A DNA stretch of 64,000 nucleotides. Origin: Bdellovibrionales bacterium (GTDB lineage: Bacteria; Bdellovibrionota; Bdellovibrionia; Bdellovibrionales; DASUEL01). The notes beneath the pieces are model-generated. The model made no database searches. It saw nothing but the letters and a program-made list of their open reading frames with translations, and had not been told where the DNA came from. The DNA lies in contig JBFWOZ010000009.1 in the NCBI GenBank assembly GCA_050250255.1, forward strand, positions 1 to 64,000, in the 5' to 3' direction. How positions within the stretch are numbered: position 1 is the first letter of the stretch; the number at the start of each line of letters is the position of its first letter. Both the position numbers and the translations under genes were made by a program. Positions 19,709-29,128 of the stretch are shown one piece after another.

Positions 19709-22051
19709 TTGAAAAAAACATCGTATTTTTTTGCGATTTTTTGTTTTGCTATTTCGTCCGTGGCTCACACACAGCAGACTCAATCTGTAGAAATGCAAGT
19801 CGCCAACGAACTTCTCGAGGCCTTTGGAGAAGGATGTTCTAATAACGGTGCGTTCAGCACAACCACACAACAGCATGGAACCACAATTGTAAGAGTACTT
19901 GAAACAATTAAAGATGCTCCTGAATGCTCCACACTTCCATACGCTGTGGCCGCTCTCAATAATGCTCAAGGCAATCTCAACGCGATTTTACAAGTCTCTC
20001 AAGAAGAGCGGGATCTCTTGGCCTCTCGTGAGCAAGAAAAAGCCATGCTTCTTGCACTCGCCGCCGCCAAAGAAGATCACACGACAACAGCGGATGATTT
20101 GTATCTCATCAAGCAAGAGCTCATCCGCGCAAAAAGTGAAGTGGCGCGCGCCCAAGAGTACGTTAATACCTATCAAAAAAATCGTGTATTGAGTTTACAA
20201 AACGAAGCTTACAACAGCCTTGTCTCCTCAACCAAATCGCTTTTTGGCCAAGGCGCTGCCAACCAACTTTGTTGGAGCGCACAGAGACAAGTACTGAGCG
20301 GCATCACGGCCGCAGCAGCCACCATTGTTTCCTCTGCGGTATCATCTTCCATATCACTTCCGCTATCTGCGGGAGCCGAGCTGGTTGGACAAATTATGGA
20401 AATCGTACGACAGTCCAGAATTAACAGACAAATTTCTAAAGTAGCAATGGGGTCGGCAACACGCGCCTATCAATGTACGATGGAGCAACTTTCTGGCCAC
20501 TGGTGTGCTGCCAGAGATGCAAAAACAATTTCCAACTTTATGCTCTCAGCTCTCTCAAATAAGCGACATAACAATGGGATTTTTGAAGCTTTAAAAGTTT
20601 TAGATCAGGAGCTTCCTGCCGTTGTGAAGTGGCTTGAGAGAGTCCGCATCGCCTCAGAACCAGCTAACGTGGCCGCGGCCAAGCAGCAAGCGTTAACGAT
20701 TTACCGTGATAGTCGTGTTAATACCTCTCTCGTGCTTGGCCTCGGAGTGGTGAAACAGCATAAACCTTTATTTGCTGCGAAACCTACCAAAGAACAAAAG
20801 TGGTTTGAAATTCGCAATACCATTGACGATATTCTGCAACAAACTGATGCGGCCTCTTACTTCAATATGCAGTACGGAAGTATCGTAAATCCCATTTATC
20901 AAATTTATAGTCCTAGTATCGCTCCCTACATTCTTCTTGGCCGAGCCAGCAACGATATTCCACGTGATCAAAATGGAAATCTTATCCCTTGGGCTTCGTT
21001 CAACGCCCTTGATCCAAAAGACTGGGGTAAACCTACCGTTTATGATCCTAATATTGATCAGCTAGAACAGCAGTTTCGTCAGTGGATGAAACTCGCTGCC
21101 GAATCTACAAAAGGCGAAATGCAGCAGGATCTTCAATCAAACCCTTTACTTATTATTCAAGAATTTTTTGATATTGATGTGGATGACAGCTCTGTTGCTT
21201 CTTCACTCAATGAAATTATTGTGTACCTGGAAACAAAAATGAGTCCCGACCAACGTAACTCCGTCAATAAAAGATACTACGGTCTTACACTTAATCAGTT
21301 GAAACAAATTAAAATGGCCATGGATGAAGCCAACAACGTACCTCCAGAAACCTGTATTCGTCGAAACAGTTCCGCAGGCAGTACAGTTTGTCAGAGTGAT
21401 ATCGATGCCATTGGACGTGTCGCCAACATTGCAAATCTCAATCTTGGCGTAACAGAATTCCAAGACGCCGTCACACGTCTTATGCGGGTGAACATTAACA
21501 AAATCATTCAAACAGGCATTCTCGATGACGATCTTGAAACGGTCCTCGTAGGTTCTTACGATGTTCTTCGAGAACTAGATAACCTCCGCGGTGCCGGTGG
21601 TCCGCAAGCGGTCATCAAAGATGCCAACGCCGCACAGAGTTCGACACAAGATACACTTAATGCCTTTGGTGATACTTTTGCTGACGGTATGAGAAAAGTC
21701 CTTGAGAACTATAATTCAAAAATCGCTCAAGCAAGGGAAGCAGGCGACAAAGAAGCTAACACACGCATGAAGGCTGATTTATGCTTTAAGCTTCTTGCTC
21801 TTCCTATTTGGCCCACTAAAAAAATTCCAACCAACCTCTGCGAAGGTGTGAAAATGGTATCTGACCTCACCGGCGGCCCGGATATGAAAGTTTGGAAGAA
21901 GGAACTTATTAACGAAAAGTTCCTCGAGCGCGCCTGTATTTATCATGACTTCGAACGAGATGAAGACATCTTTGCGAGAAATTGTGCTAGAAAAGGGCGT
22001 GGCTGCGAAGGCGGAAACCCCAAACTCAAATTCAACAAAAGTCTTCAATAA
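19709..22051 (+). CDS. Large secreted hypothetical protein (coiled coil plus internal hydrophobic segment)
   Basis: AAGGAG then TTG 19709; signal peptide MKKTSYFFAIFCFAISSVAHT; about 780 aa, several Cys. Confidence 0.8.
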   Translation: MKKTSYFFAIFCFAISSVAHTQQTQSVEMQVANELLEAFGEGCSNNGAFSTTTQQHGTTIVRVLETIKDAPECSTLPYAVAALNNAQGNLNAILQVSQEERDLLASREQEKAMLLALAAAKEDHTTTADDLYLIKQELIRAKSEVARAQEYVNTYQKNRVLSLQNEAYNSLVSSTKSLFGQGAANQLCWSAQRQVLSGITAAAATIVSSAVSSSISLPLSAGAELVGQIMEIVRQSRINRQISKVAMGSATRAYQCTMEQLSGHWCAARDAKTISNFMLSALSNKRHNNGIFEALKVLDQELPAVVKWLERVRIASEPANVAAAKQQALTIYRDSRVNTSLVLGLGVVKQHKPLFAAKPTKEQKWFEIRNTIDDILQQTDAASYFNMQYGSIVNPIYQIYSPSIAPYILLGRASNDIPRDQNGNLIPWASFNALDPKDWGKPTVYDPNIDQLEQQFRQWMKLAAESTKGEMQQDLQSNPLLIIQEFFDIDVDDSSVASSLNEIIVYLETKMSPDQRNSVNKRYYGLTLNQLKQIKMAMDEANNVPPETCIRRNSSAGSTVCQSDIDAIGRVANIANLNLGVTEFQDAVTRLMRVNINKIIQTGILDDDLETVLVGSYDVLRELDNLRGAGGPQAVIKDANAAQSSTQDTLNAFGDTFADGMRKVLENYNSKIAQAREAGDKEANTRMKADLCFKLLALPIWPTKKIPTNLCEGVKMVSDLTGGPDMKVWKKELINEKFLERACIYHDFERDEDIFARNCARKGRGCEGGNPKLKFNKSLQ

Positions 22052-24811
22052 TTAAACTGTCATCTGTCTTAATACGTAATTTAAGATGCCACCATTTTTG
22101 TAATATTCAAGTTCATTGGCGGTATCGATACGTGATTGTACCGTGATGTTTTTTATCGTTCCATCTCTCGCCGTGACTGTTACGTTCACTTTCTGTCCTG
22201 GCTTCATAGTCGCTAGATCTAAGATCTCAAAAGTTTCATCACCTGTTAAACGATTCGTGTAGAGAGATTCTCCAGACAAAAATTGTAGTGGGAGCACTCC
22301 CATTCCTACAAGATTCGAACGGTGAATACGTTCAAAGCTTTCCGCGATGACCGCCCGAACACCAAGAAGCTTTGTTCCTTTCGCCGCCCAGTCACGGGAA
22401 GAACCAGTTCCGTATTCTTTTCCTGCCAAAATAACGAGAGGCGTGTGAGTTTTTTCATACTCTTGGGCTGCATCGTAAATCGTCATCTGTTTGTTACTTG
22501 GTTTATGAGTGGTCACACCACCTTCAATTCCTGGAACCATCAAGTTCTTAAGACGAATGTTGGCAAACGTCCCGCGAATCATCACTTCGTGATTTCCGCG
22601 GCGTGCTCCGTAAGAGTTAAAGTCGACCGGTTTCACTCCATGAGCCATAAGATATTTCGCGGCAGGACTGTCTTTCGCAATAGAGCCGGCAGGACTGATG
22701 TGGTCCGTTGTGACCGAGTCTCCAAACATACAAAGAACTTTTGCTCCCGAGATGTCTTTTACAACTGCGGCTATCTTAGACATGTTATCAAAGAACGGCG
22801 GTTCTTTGATATAAGTAGATTTATTATCCCACTGGTACAATTCACCGCTAACCCCTTGAATCGCTTGCCACTCTTCAGCGCCGGCAAACACGTCGGTGTA
22901 ACCTGCTTTAAACTGTGTGGATGTCACAAATTTATTGACCGTGGCATTGACCTCTTCATGGGATGGCCAAATATCTTTTAAGAAAACATCTTTCCCATCT
23001 TTATCTTGGGCAATTGCGACTTTTGTTAAATCCATTTGTGCGTTTCCAGCAAGTGCGTACGCCACAACAAGTGGGGGAGAAGCTAAATAGTTGGCTCGTA
23101 CAAAAGGATTAATACGTCCTTCAAAATTACGGTTACCAGAGAGAACGCCGGCTACGGAAAGATTTCCTTTTACAACCGCATCGCTGATGTGTTGAGGAAG
23201 TGGACCGCTGTTTCCGATACAGGTTGTGCACCCATAACCAACAACGTGAAATCCTATTTTTTCCAAATAAGGCATTAAACCCGAATCAATAAGATATGAT
23301 GTCACGACTTTGGACCCCGGAGCCAAACTTGTCTTCACCCATGGCTTTACCGTAAGACCTTTTTCACAGGCTTTCTTAGCGAGAAGGCCTGCGGCCACCA
23401 TCACAGAAGGGTTCGAGGTATTAGTGCACGAAGTGATCGCAGCGATGGCCACCGAACCGTGCTCAAGATTGTAGGTCGCTCCCGAAGGATCTTTTACAGA
23501 AACTTGAACGTTTAAAGAACCAAGCTTCGAAGAAGGATCTTTGGCGTTCACACCTTCAATGATCCACTTTTTAATTTCAGGAGTAGTTACATCCAAATCT
23601 TTTTCAAAACGTGTGGCGACAGACTGACGAAGAGAAGCGCCAACAGCAGCAAGCACCACTCGATCCTGCGGACGAGCAGGACCTGCAAGAGAAGATTCCA
23701 CCTGAGAAAGATCTAATTCTAAAGTGTCCGTGTATTCTGGCTGCGGTTGAGAAGGGGAATACCAGAGACCTTGAGCCTTATAATATTCTTCTGCACGAGC
23801 GGCGTAGTCCTGACGGTTTGTCATACGAAGATAGTTAATAGTTTGTTCGTCAACAGGGAAAAGACCCACCGTTGCTCCGTATTCGGGAGCCATATTCGCA
23901 ATTGTGGCGCGATCCGCAAGAGAAAGCGCAGACAAACCTGGGCCAAAAAACTCTACGAACTTACCAACGACTCCTTTTTTACGAAGCATCTGGGTGACGG
24001 TTAGAACAAGATCGGTGGCCGTAGCTCCGGGAGCTAACTGACCTGTTAATTTAAATCCCACAACTTGCGGAATTAGCATCGTGATCGGTTGCCCTAACAT
24101 CACGGCTTCGGCTTCAATACCACCGACACCCCAACCTAAAACACCTAAACCATTGATCATCGTCGTATGAGAATCAGTTCCGACAAGTGTATCCGGGTAG
24201 AGCCATTCGCCATCTTCACGTTGGGCGGTCATCGCAAGATATGCGAGAAACTCTAAATTCACCTGATGTACGATACCTGTTCCTGGAGGAACAACTTGAA
24301 AATTTTGGAAAGCTGTTTGTCCCCATTTGAGGAACAAATAACGTTCCATATTTCGTTCAAATTCAAGTTTGGTATTTTCTTTGAGAGCCGAAGTTTTTCC
24401 ATAAACATCCACTTGCACCGAGTGATCAATAACAAGAGCAACAGGCTGTAGAGGATTAATTCGAGAAGCTTTTGCGCCCAATTTTTGAATCGCGCCTCTC
24501 ATCGCGGCAAGATCCGCCACTGCAGGCACACCCGTGAAATCTTGGAGAACAACGCGACCAGGAGTGAATTGAATTTCACGATCAGGCTCTTCTTTCGCAT
24601 TCCAATGCAAAACCGCATCTACATCTTCTTTTTTGATGGCGATACCGTCTTCAAAACGCAGAAGATTTTCGACAAGAATTTTTAACGAGAAGGGGAGTCG
24701 ATCGAGGTTGACCTTCTTGTTTTCCGCCAATTTTTTTAAGGAGTGGTATTGATAACTGTTGGCGCCAACCTTCAGTGTCGTTTTTGTGCCATAGCTATTG
24801 AGAAATGCCAT
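22052..24811 (-). CDS. acnA: Aconitate hydratase A
   Basis: QDFTGVP, DHSVQVD, TDSHTT, AITSCTNTSNP, GYGCTTCIGNSG, GSSRDWAAKG; ATG 24811 after GAGG. Confidence 0.98.
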   Translation of the reverse strand: MAFLNSYGTKTTLKVGANSYQYHSLKKLAENKKVNLDRLPFSLKILVENLLRFEDGIAIKKEDVDAVLHWNAKEEPDREIQFTPGRVVLQDFTGVPAVADLAAMRGAIQKLGAKASRINPLQPVALVIDHSVQVDVYGKTSALKENTKLEFERNMERYLFLKWGQTAFQNFQVVPPGTGIVHQVNLEFLAYLAMTAQREDGEWLYPDTLVGTDSHTTMINGLGVLGWGVGGIEAEAVMLGQPITMLIPQVVGFKLTGQLAPGATATDLVLTVTQMLRKKGVVGKFVEFFGPGLSALSLADRATIANMAPEYGATVGLFPVDEQTINYLRMTNRQDYAARAEEYYKAQGLWYSPSQPQPEYTDTLELDLSQVESSLAGPARPQDRVVLAAVGASLRQSVATRFEKDLDVTTPEIKKWIIEGVNAKDPSSKLGSLNVQVSVKDPSGATYNLEHGSVAIAAITSCTNTSNPSVMVAAGLLAKKACEKGLTVKPWVKTSLAPGSKVVTSYLIDSGLMPYLEKIGFHVVGYGCTTCIGNSGPLPQHISDAVVKGNLSVAGVLSGNRNFEGRINPFVRANYLASPPLVVAYALAGNAQMDLTKVAIAQDKDGKDVFLKDIWPSHEEVNATVNKFVTSTQFKAGYTDVFAGAEEWQAIQGVSGELYQWDNKSTYIKEPPFFDNMSKIAAVVKDISGAKVLCMFGDSVTTDHISPAGSIAKDSPAAKYLMAHGVKPVDFNSYGARRGNHEVMIRGTFANIRLKNLMVPGIEGGVTTHKPSNKQMTIYDAAQEYEKTHTPLVILAGKEYGTGSSRDWAAKGTKLLGVRAVIAESFERIHRSNLVGMGVLPLQFLSGESLYTNRLTGDETFEILDLATMKPGQKVNVTVTARDGTIKNITVQSRIDTANELEYYKNGGILNYVLRQMTV

Positions 24812-24884
24812 GTAGACCTCGTCTGTTAATCGTGATGTTGAACTTGTATCACTCAATGATTGCAGACGATCTACAGGTGGTCAA

Positions 24885-25010
24885 AAGAAAGTCGCTATAA
24901 AGGCCGGATCCTTCGTTGCTCGGTCGGGCCACTTGTGCAGCGTGCAGGCAGCACGCTTTCCGCGCGACCCTCGGTCGCGCCTCGGCTGCGGCCTTTATAG
25001 CGACTTTCTT
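24885..25010. repeat. GC-rich intergenic element with 22-bp perfect terminal inverted repeats (REP/MITE-like)
   Basis: aagaaagtcgctataaaggccg (24885-24906) and its reverse complement (24989-25010); internal hairpins at 24939-24957 and 24962-24980. Confidence 0.75.
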
Positions 25011-25013
25011 GCA

Positions 25014-25754
25014 TTAAAAATGCTCATCGGAGTCCATAAATCTCCAACACCCAATGGGAAGTGCACCTAACTTCACGCGGCCAATTCTTACACGCTTAAT
25101 CCGACTCACATGAAGATTAATGAGATCACACATACGTCGAATTTGACGTTTTTTACCCTCTTTGAGAACAAATCTCAAAAGCCCTACGTCGAGTTGATCA
25201 ATATGGGCGCGTCGAAGAGGCTGGCCATCCAATTCCAGGCCAAACCTTAAAAGTTCAAGGTCTTTCTCAGCAACCTCACCTCGAACGCGAACAAGATATT
25301 CTTTTTCAAGGTTTCCGTCTTCTCCCACCAGCTGTTTCGCAACACGGCCATCCTGAGTGAAAATCAAAAGACCTTGAGAGTCGATGTCCAAGCGACCCGC
25401 AGGGGCCAAACCTTCAAAATCAGACTTTTTTAGAGGGCGTGAAGGACTCGCAGGATCTCGGTTGGAATCGATGATCAGCTTTACCGCAGGCTCATAGTTA
25501 TCTTCAGGCTGTCCAGAGACAAAACCCACGGGCTTATTGAGCAAAATGGTGACACTTGACTCCATTTCCATCTGAGCTTTGAAGTCTAATTCGATTTTTT
25601 GAGAGCGGGTCACTTTATAGCCTAATTCGGAGATTCGCTGACCATCCACAAAGACCTGCCCTAGCCGGATGAAGTCGTCGGCTTCGCGTCGGGAACAGAG
25701 GCCGAGCTCCGACATGCGTTTGGAAAGGCGAATGAGTTCTTCTGAATTCGACAT
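25014..25754 (-). CDS. rRNA pseudouridine synthase (S4 + RsuA/RluB/RluF family)
   Basis: RLSKRMSELGLCSRREAD, LNKPVG, GRLDIDSQGL, EGKKRQIRRM. Confidence 0.92.
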   Translation of the reverse strand: MSNSEELIRLSKRMSELGLCSRREADDFIRLGQVFVDGQRISELGYKVTRSQKIELDFKAQMEMESSVTILLNKPVGFVSGQPEDNYEPAVKLIIDSNRDPASPSRPLKKSDFEGLAPAGRLDIDSQGLLIFTQDGRVAKQLVGEDGNLEKEYLVRVRGEVAEKDLELLRFGLELDGQPLRRAHIDQLDVGLLRFVLKEGKKRQIRRMCDLINLHVSRIKRVRIGRVKLGALPIGCWRFMDSDEHF

Positions 25755-25857
25755 GAATGAAAGATACACGATCTCTCATGGGGCGTCAAAATTTGACTAC
25801 AAACCGATGAACCAGTGAAATTAAGTGCTTAACCAAACAAGTAAAAGGAAGGTCTCA

Positions 25858-26598
25858 ATGAACGACCATAAAGAACGCAAATTGGATAAACAGGAAGTAA
25901 AAAAACCTGATGCCTTCCTCACCCTTGCGAATGAATTCATTCGCATTATCACAAAATATCGCGGTCCAGTGATGGCAGGCATTGCGGTTGTACTTTTGGG
26001 TTCCGTGGCAATAGGCGTTTATATCTTTTATCAAGAATCGGTGGAACAAAAAGCTCAAGATGCTCTTTTTGCAGCACGAAAAAAATTGCGACCCGAACTA
26101 TCGGCACCATTAGGCCAACAGCCAACCATCACCGCAAAGACACTGAACGAAGATTCTATTCAACAATTAGATTCTGTGATGAACCAATATCCTAAAAGCC
26201 GAGCGGCGATTGTTGCGGCCATTGAACTTTCTCAAGCGTATCTTGAAGAAAACAAGAGCACAGAGGCTGTAGGTGCAATTAAAAAAGTGACGCCTTCTCT
26301 CAACTCTCGTGATGTTCTCTACGGAATGTATCAATACCAACTAGGAAAAGCCCTTAGCAGTGCAGGCCAATGTCCAGAAGCACTCGCTCCTTTAAATGCC
26401 CTTGCGAATTCTTCTGGTGCCGCCACTATTTTTAAATCTGGCGCACTTTTGCAAACAGGCCTTTGTTACGAAGCGATGAAACAGCCAGAAAAAGCAATCG
26501 AAGTTTATGAACGCATTACAAAAGAATACACTGAAGGTGCTTCTTCTGAATCTGCTAAAAAATATCTTCGTCTATTAAAAAGAAATTCAAAGTCCTAA
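25858..26598 (+). CDS. yfgM: YfgM-like TPR membrane-anchored protein
   Basis: KKPDAF, single TM helix, TPR-like helices; directly upstream of bamB. Confidence 0.75.
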   Translation: MNDHKERKLDKQEVKKPDAFLTLANEFIRIITKYRGPVMAGIAVVLLGSVAIGVYIFYQESVEQKAQDALFAARKKLRPELSAPLGQQPTITAKTLNEDSIQQLDSVMNQYPKSRAAIVAAIELSQAYLEENKSTEAVGAIKKVTPSLNSRDVLYGMYQYQLGKALSSAGQCPEALAPLNALANSSGAATIFKSGALLQTGLCYEAMKQPEKAIEVYERITKEYTEGASSESAKKYLRLLKRNSKS

Positions 26599-26630
26599 TT
26601 TTTCTCAATGGTCCATGGAGGCTACTCAAG

Positions 26631-27767
26631 ATGAAATATTTCTCTCTTTTTCTTTCAGCCTTCCTTTTTATCGGTTGCAGTATGCTCCAACCGAAACCTC
26701 GCGTTTTGAAACTCGACAAACAGTGGATTCGCAGCACTTACGACACACCTTATAATGGATACCGTCGGGCTCACCAAATGAATCCCGTACTCATGGATGA
26801 TATGGTTCTTCAGGGAAATGCCATAGATGGATTGGCCGCTTTCCATAAAACAACAGGTCGACAACTTTGGCGAATCGATATTCAAAATGGAGTGGCTTCT
26901 GGCGCTCAGGCTTTTGATGACAAACTTTATTTTGGCGGAAGTGATGGTCAATTTTATTGTGTAGATGCCTATACTGGCCGACTGATTTGGACGCAACCCA
27001 CACGTATGGAAAACCTTTCTCCACCTCTTGTAGAAAACGGTGTTGTCTATTTTCTTAGCGGAAACGACCATCTCTTTGCTCTTGATGCAAAAACGGGAAA
27101 ACAAAAATGGGTGTACACACGCACGAATTCTACGGAGCTTTCTGTCCGTGGCGGATCACGTCCTGTACTCGTACAAAACACACTTTATATTGGGTTCAGT
27201 GATGGCTACTTGGTCGCCGTTCATATAAAAGACGGAAGTGTCGCTTGGGAAAGACAAATTAATACAAACCCGCGGTTCAAAGACATCGACTCAACTCCGG
27301 TCATTATCGGCAATACAATTTATGTCTCAGGATACGATAACGCTCTTTACGCTCTAAGCCGCGCAGACGGACAAGTTTTATGGAGACTCGAAGAGGGGAG
27401 TAGCTTTCCTGTCACCATCGCAGGCAATCGCCTCTACCAATCTACAAGTCAAAATACCCTCCGAGCTATCAATACAACAACAGGTCAGATCATTTGGTCG
27501 CGCGGAATATCTCATGGAATCTCAACTCAACCCATGCTTTACAAAGAGTACCTGATCTATGGTGAAAGCGACGGATCTCTTGTCATTGCAGATCCTACAA
27601 ATGGAAATCTTATAAAAAGTTATCAGCCCGGTCAGGGTGTCAGTTCTTCTCCAACAATTGATACAGGCACGGGCTATATCTATTTTATTTCTAACGAAGG
27701 TAATTTACACAGTTTAAAATTACACTGGGCTCGGGATGACCAAGTCCCTAATTATCGCATTCTATAG
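26631..27767 (+). CDS. bamB: PQQ-like beta-propeller lipoprotein (BamB-like)
   Basis: Lipobox FIGC; repeated ALD..TG...W blades; synteny with yfgM. Confidence 0.75.
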   Translation: MKYFSLFLSAFLFIGCSMLQPKPRVLKLDKQWIRSTYDTPYNGYRRAHQMNPVLMDDMVLQGNAIDGLAAFHKTTGRQLWRIDIQNGVASGAQAFDDKLYFGGSDGQFYCVDAYTGRLIWTQPTRMENLSPPLVENGVVYFLSGNDHLFALDAKTGKQKWVYTRTNSTELSVRGGSRPVLVQNTLYIGFSDGYLVAVHIKDGSVAWERQINTNPRFKDIDSTPVIIGNTIYVSGYDNALYALSRADGQVLWRLEEGSSFPVTIAGNRLYQSTSQNTLRAINTTTGQIIWSRGISHGISTQPMLYKEYLIYGESDGSLVIADPTNGNLIKSYQPGQGVSSSPTIDTGTGYIYFISNEGNLHSLKLHWARDDQVPNYRIL

Positions 27768-27770
27768 GAG

Positions 27771-28352
27771 ATGTTCATGACTCTTCGTCTCAGTTTTATT
27801 TTGTTTTTATCAGTCATTTTTTTAAACGGTTGCAGCATGAATCGCTGCAAGACGATCGTAGATCCTAACCCTCCGGCAGCGGCCGTTGAGGACACGAGCG
27901 AAAAAACAGAGGCGGCCGCTAAGAACAGTCCTTGGGCAACACCCTCTCATAATCCTTCTATGACTCAACTGCCAGGCCAGGTATCCTCCTCTACAGCTTT
28001 ACCACCTCCAGCGGATACGAAAGCAGTGGCGACACCTGTAACATCAACTCTGGGTCAACCCATTGCCGTCCCCGATGTCGAAAGCTCTGACAAAAACGGA
28101 CCTACCGTTAGAATCTTTAAATATGATGGCTCCAGGCAATGTGGACAGGGAAAACCACAAACTCTCGAGATTATGGCAAGAGATCTCAAAGGCATTACTA
28201 TCCTCTCACAAGAAAATAAAAATGATGGAATGATGCGCATTCAAATGTGTGGGGCGCCTACTGGAAATGCAAATATTTACGAAATCTATCAAAAGGATAT
28301 GAAAAAAGCCTTTAAGAAAGGCTTTCGTGAGTGGAAGGCCGAAGGTCAATAA
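27771..28352 (+). CDS. Lipoprotein with Pro/Thr-rich linker and small Cys-paired C-terminal domain
   Basis: Lipobox LNGC; YDGSRQCG..QMCGAPTG. Confidence 0.75.
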   Translation: MFMTLRLSFILFLSVIFLNGCSMNRCKTIVDPNPPAAAVEDTSEKTEAAAKNSPWATPSHNPSMTQLPGQVSSSTALPPPADTKAVATPVTSTLGQPIAVPDVESSDKNGPTVRIFKYDGSRQCGQGKPQTLEIMARDLKGITILSQENKNDGMMRIQMCGAPTGNANIYEIYQKDMKKAFKKGFREWKAEGQ

Positions 28353-29128
28353 AACCTTCTTGGAGTTTTCTATTGTTCTCACAATTTAAAAAAATCTTAT
28401 TGCGCTTCACTCAAGGAGAGAAAACTCAATCCGAGGTTTCTCTAGAAACTCCTCGCGCACCCCGCATTAAACCTACCGTTATCCATAACGTACATTTTCA
28501 TACTGAAAACAAACCTCTCGGCATTGCAGGTATTTTTAATATTTCTGTTACCGGAATTGGTCTGCTTAATGTCGGACTTCCTGAAGGGATGGATATTGGC
28601 AGTGCCTTTCACGGTCATTTAAATATTGCTGGGAAGTCATTTACTGTTCACTTGAGAGTTGCCCATATTAACGGACAAATTATTGGATGCGCCTTCGAAG
28701 GAGACTCTCATGATGTCAGCAAAGCGATCTATGACTATTTTGTTGCCGAAATTTCGGCCATGGAAGTCACTGAAGTCAATGCAAGTTTACTTAAAAAAGA
28801 TTCACGAGGTGATCCTCGTTGGTTTTTTGGCGCGAATAACTCAGAAGTATACATCACTGAAACCGACGGTCGCATTTCTTATTTTCACGTCACGCTTCTA
28901 GGAAATTATTTTGAATCATACGCCGATGGTGAACCTAAGTTTGGTTACATCGTAGGAAATGATTCTAATAATAATTTAAAGCCTGACCAAGCGGCATTGA
29001 TTCAATATACAAACCAGATGCCTCAAGAAACTTTAAATTTGATTGGTGCGTTTGTACGAAGCATGACGGCGCTTCCTCAAGAACACAAAGCCTTTATTCT
29101 CTCTGTGCTCTCGGAAGCTTTAGACTAA
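28331..29128 (+). CDS. PilZ-like domain protein (start uncertain)
   Basis: PRAPR followed by NISVTGIGL (NxSxxG) and IGCAF. Confidence 0.6.
   Translation: MEGRRSIKPSWSFLLFSQFKKILLRFTQGEKTQSEVSLETPRAPRIKPTVIHNVHFHTENKPLGIAGIFNISVTGIGLLNVGLPEGMDIGSAFHGHLNIAGKSFTVHLRVAHINGQIIGCAFEGDSHDVSKAIYDYFVAEISAMEVTEVNASLLKKDSRGDPRWFFGANNSEVYITETDGRISYFHVTLLGNYFESYADGEPKFGYIVGNDSNNNLKPDQAALIQYTNQMPQETLNLIGAFVRSMTALPQEHKAFILSVLSEALD

Noticed and set aside
22322..22981. 219-aa plus-strand ORF
   Set aside because: Antisense to the conserved acnA gene; no recognisable motifs.
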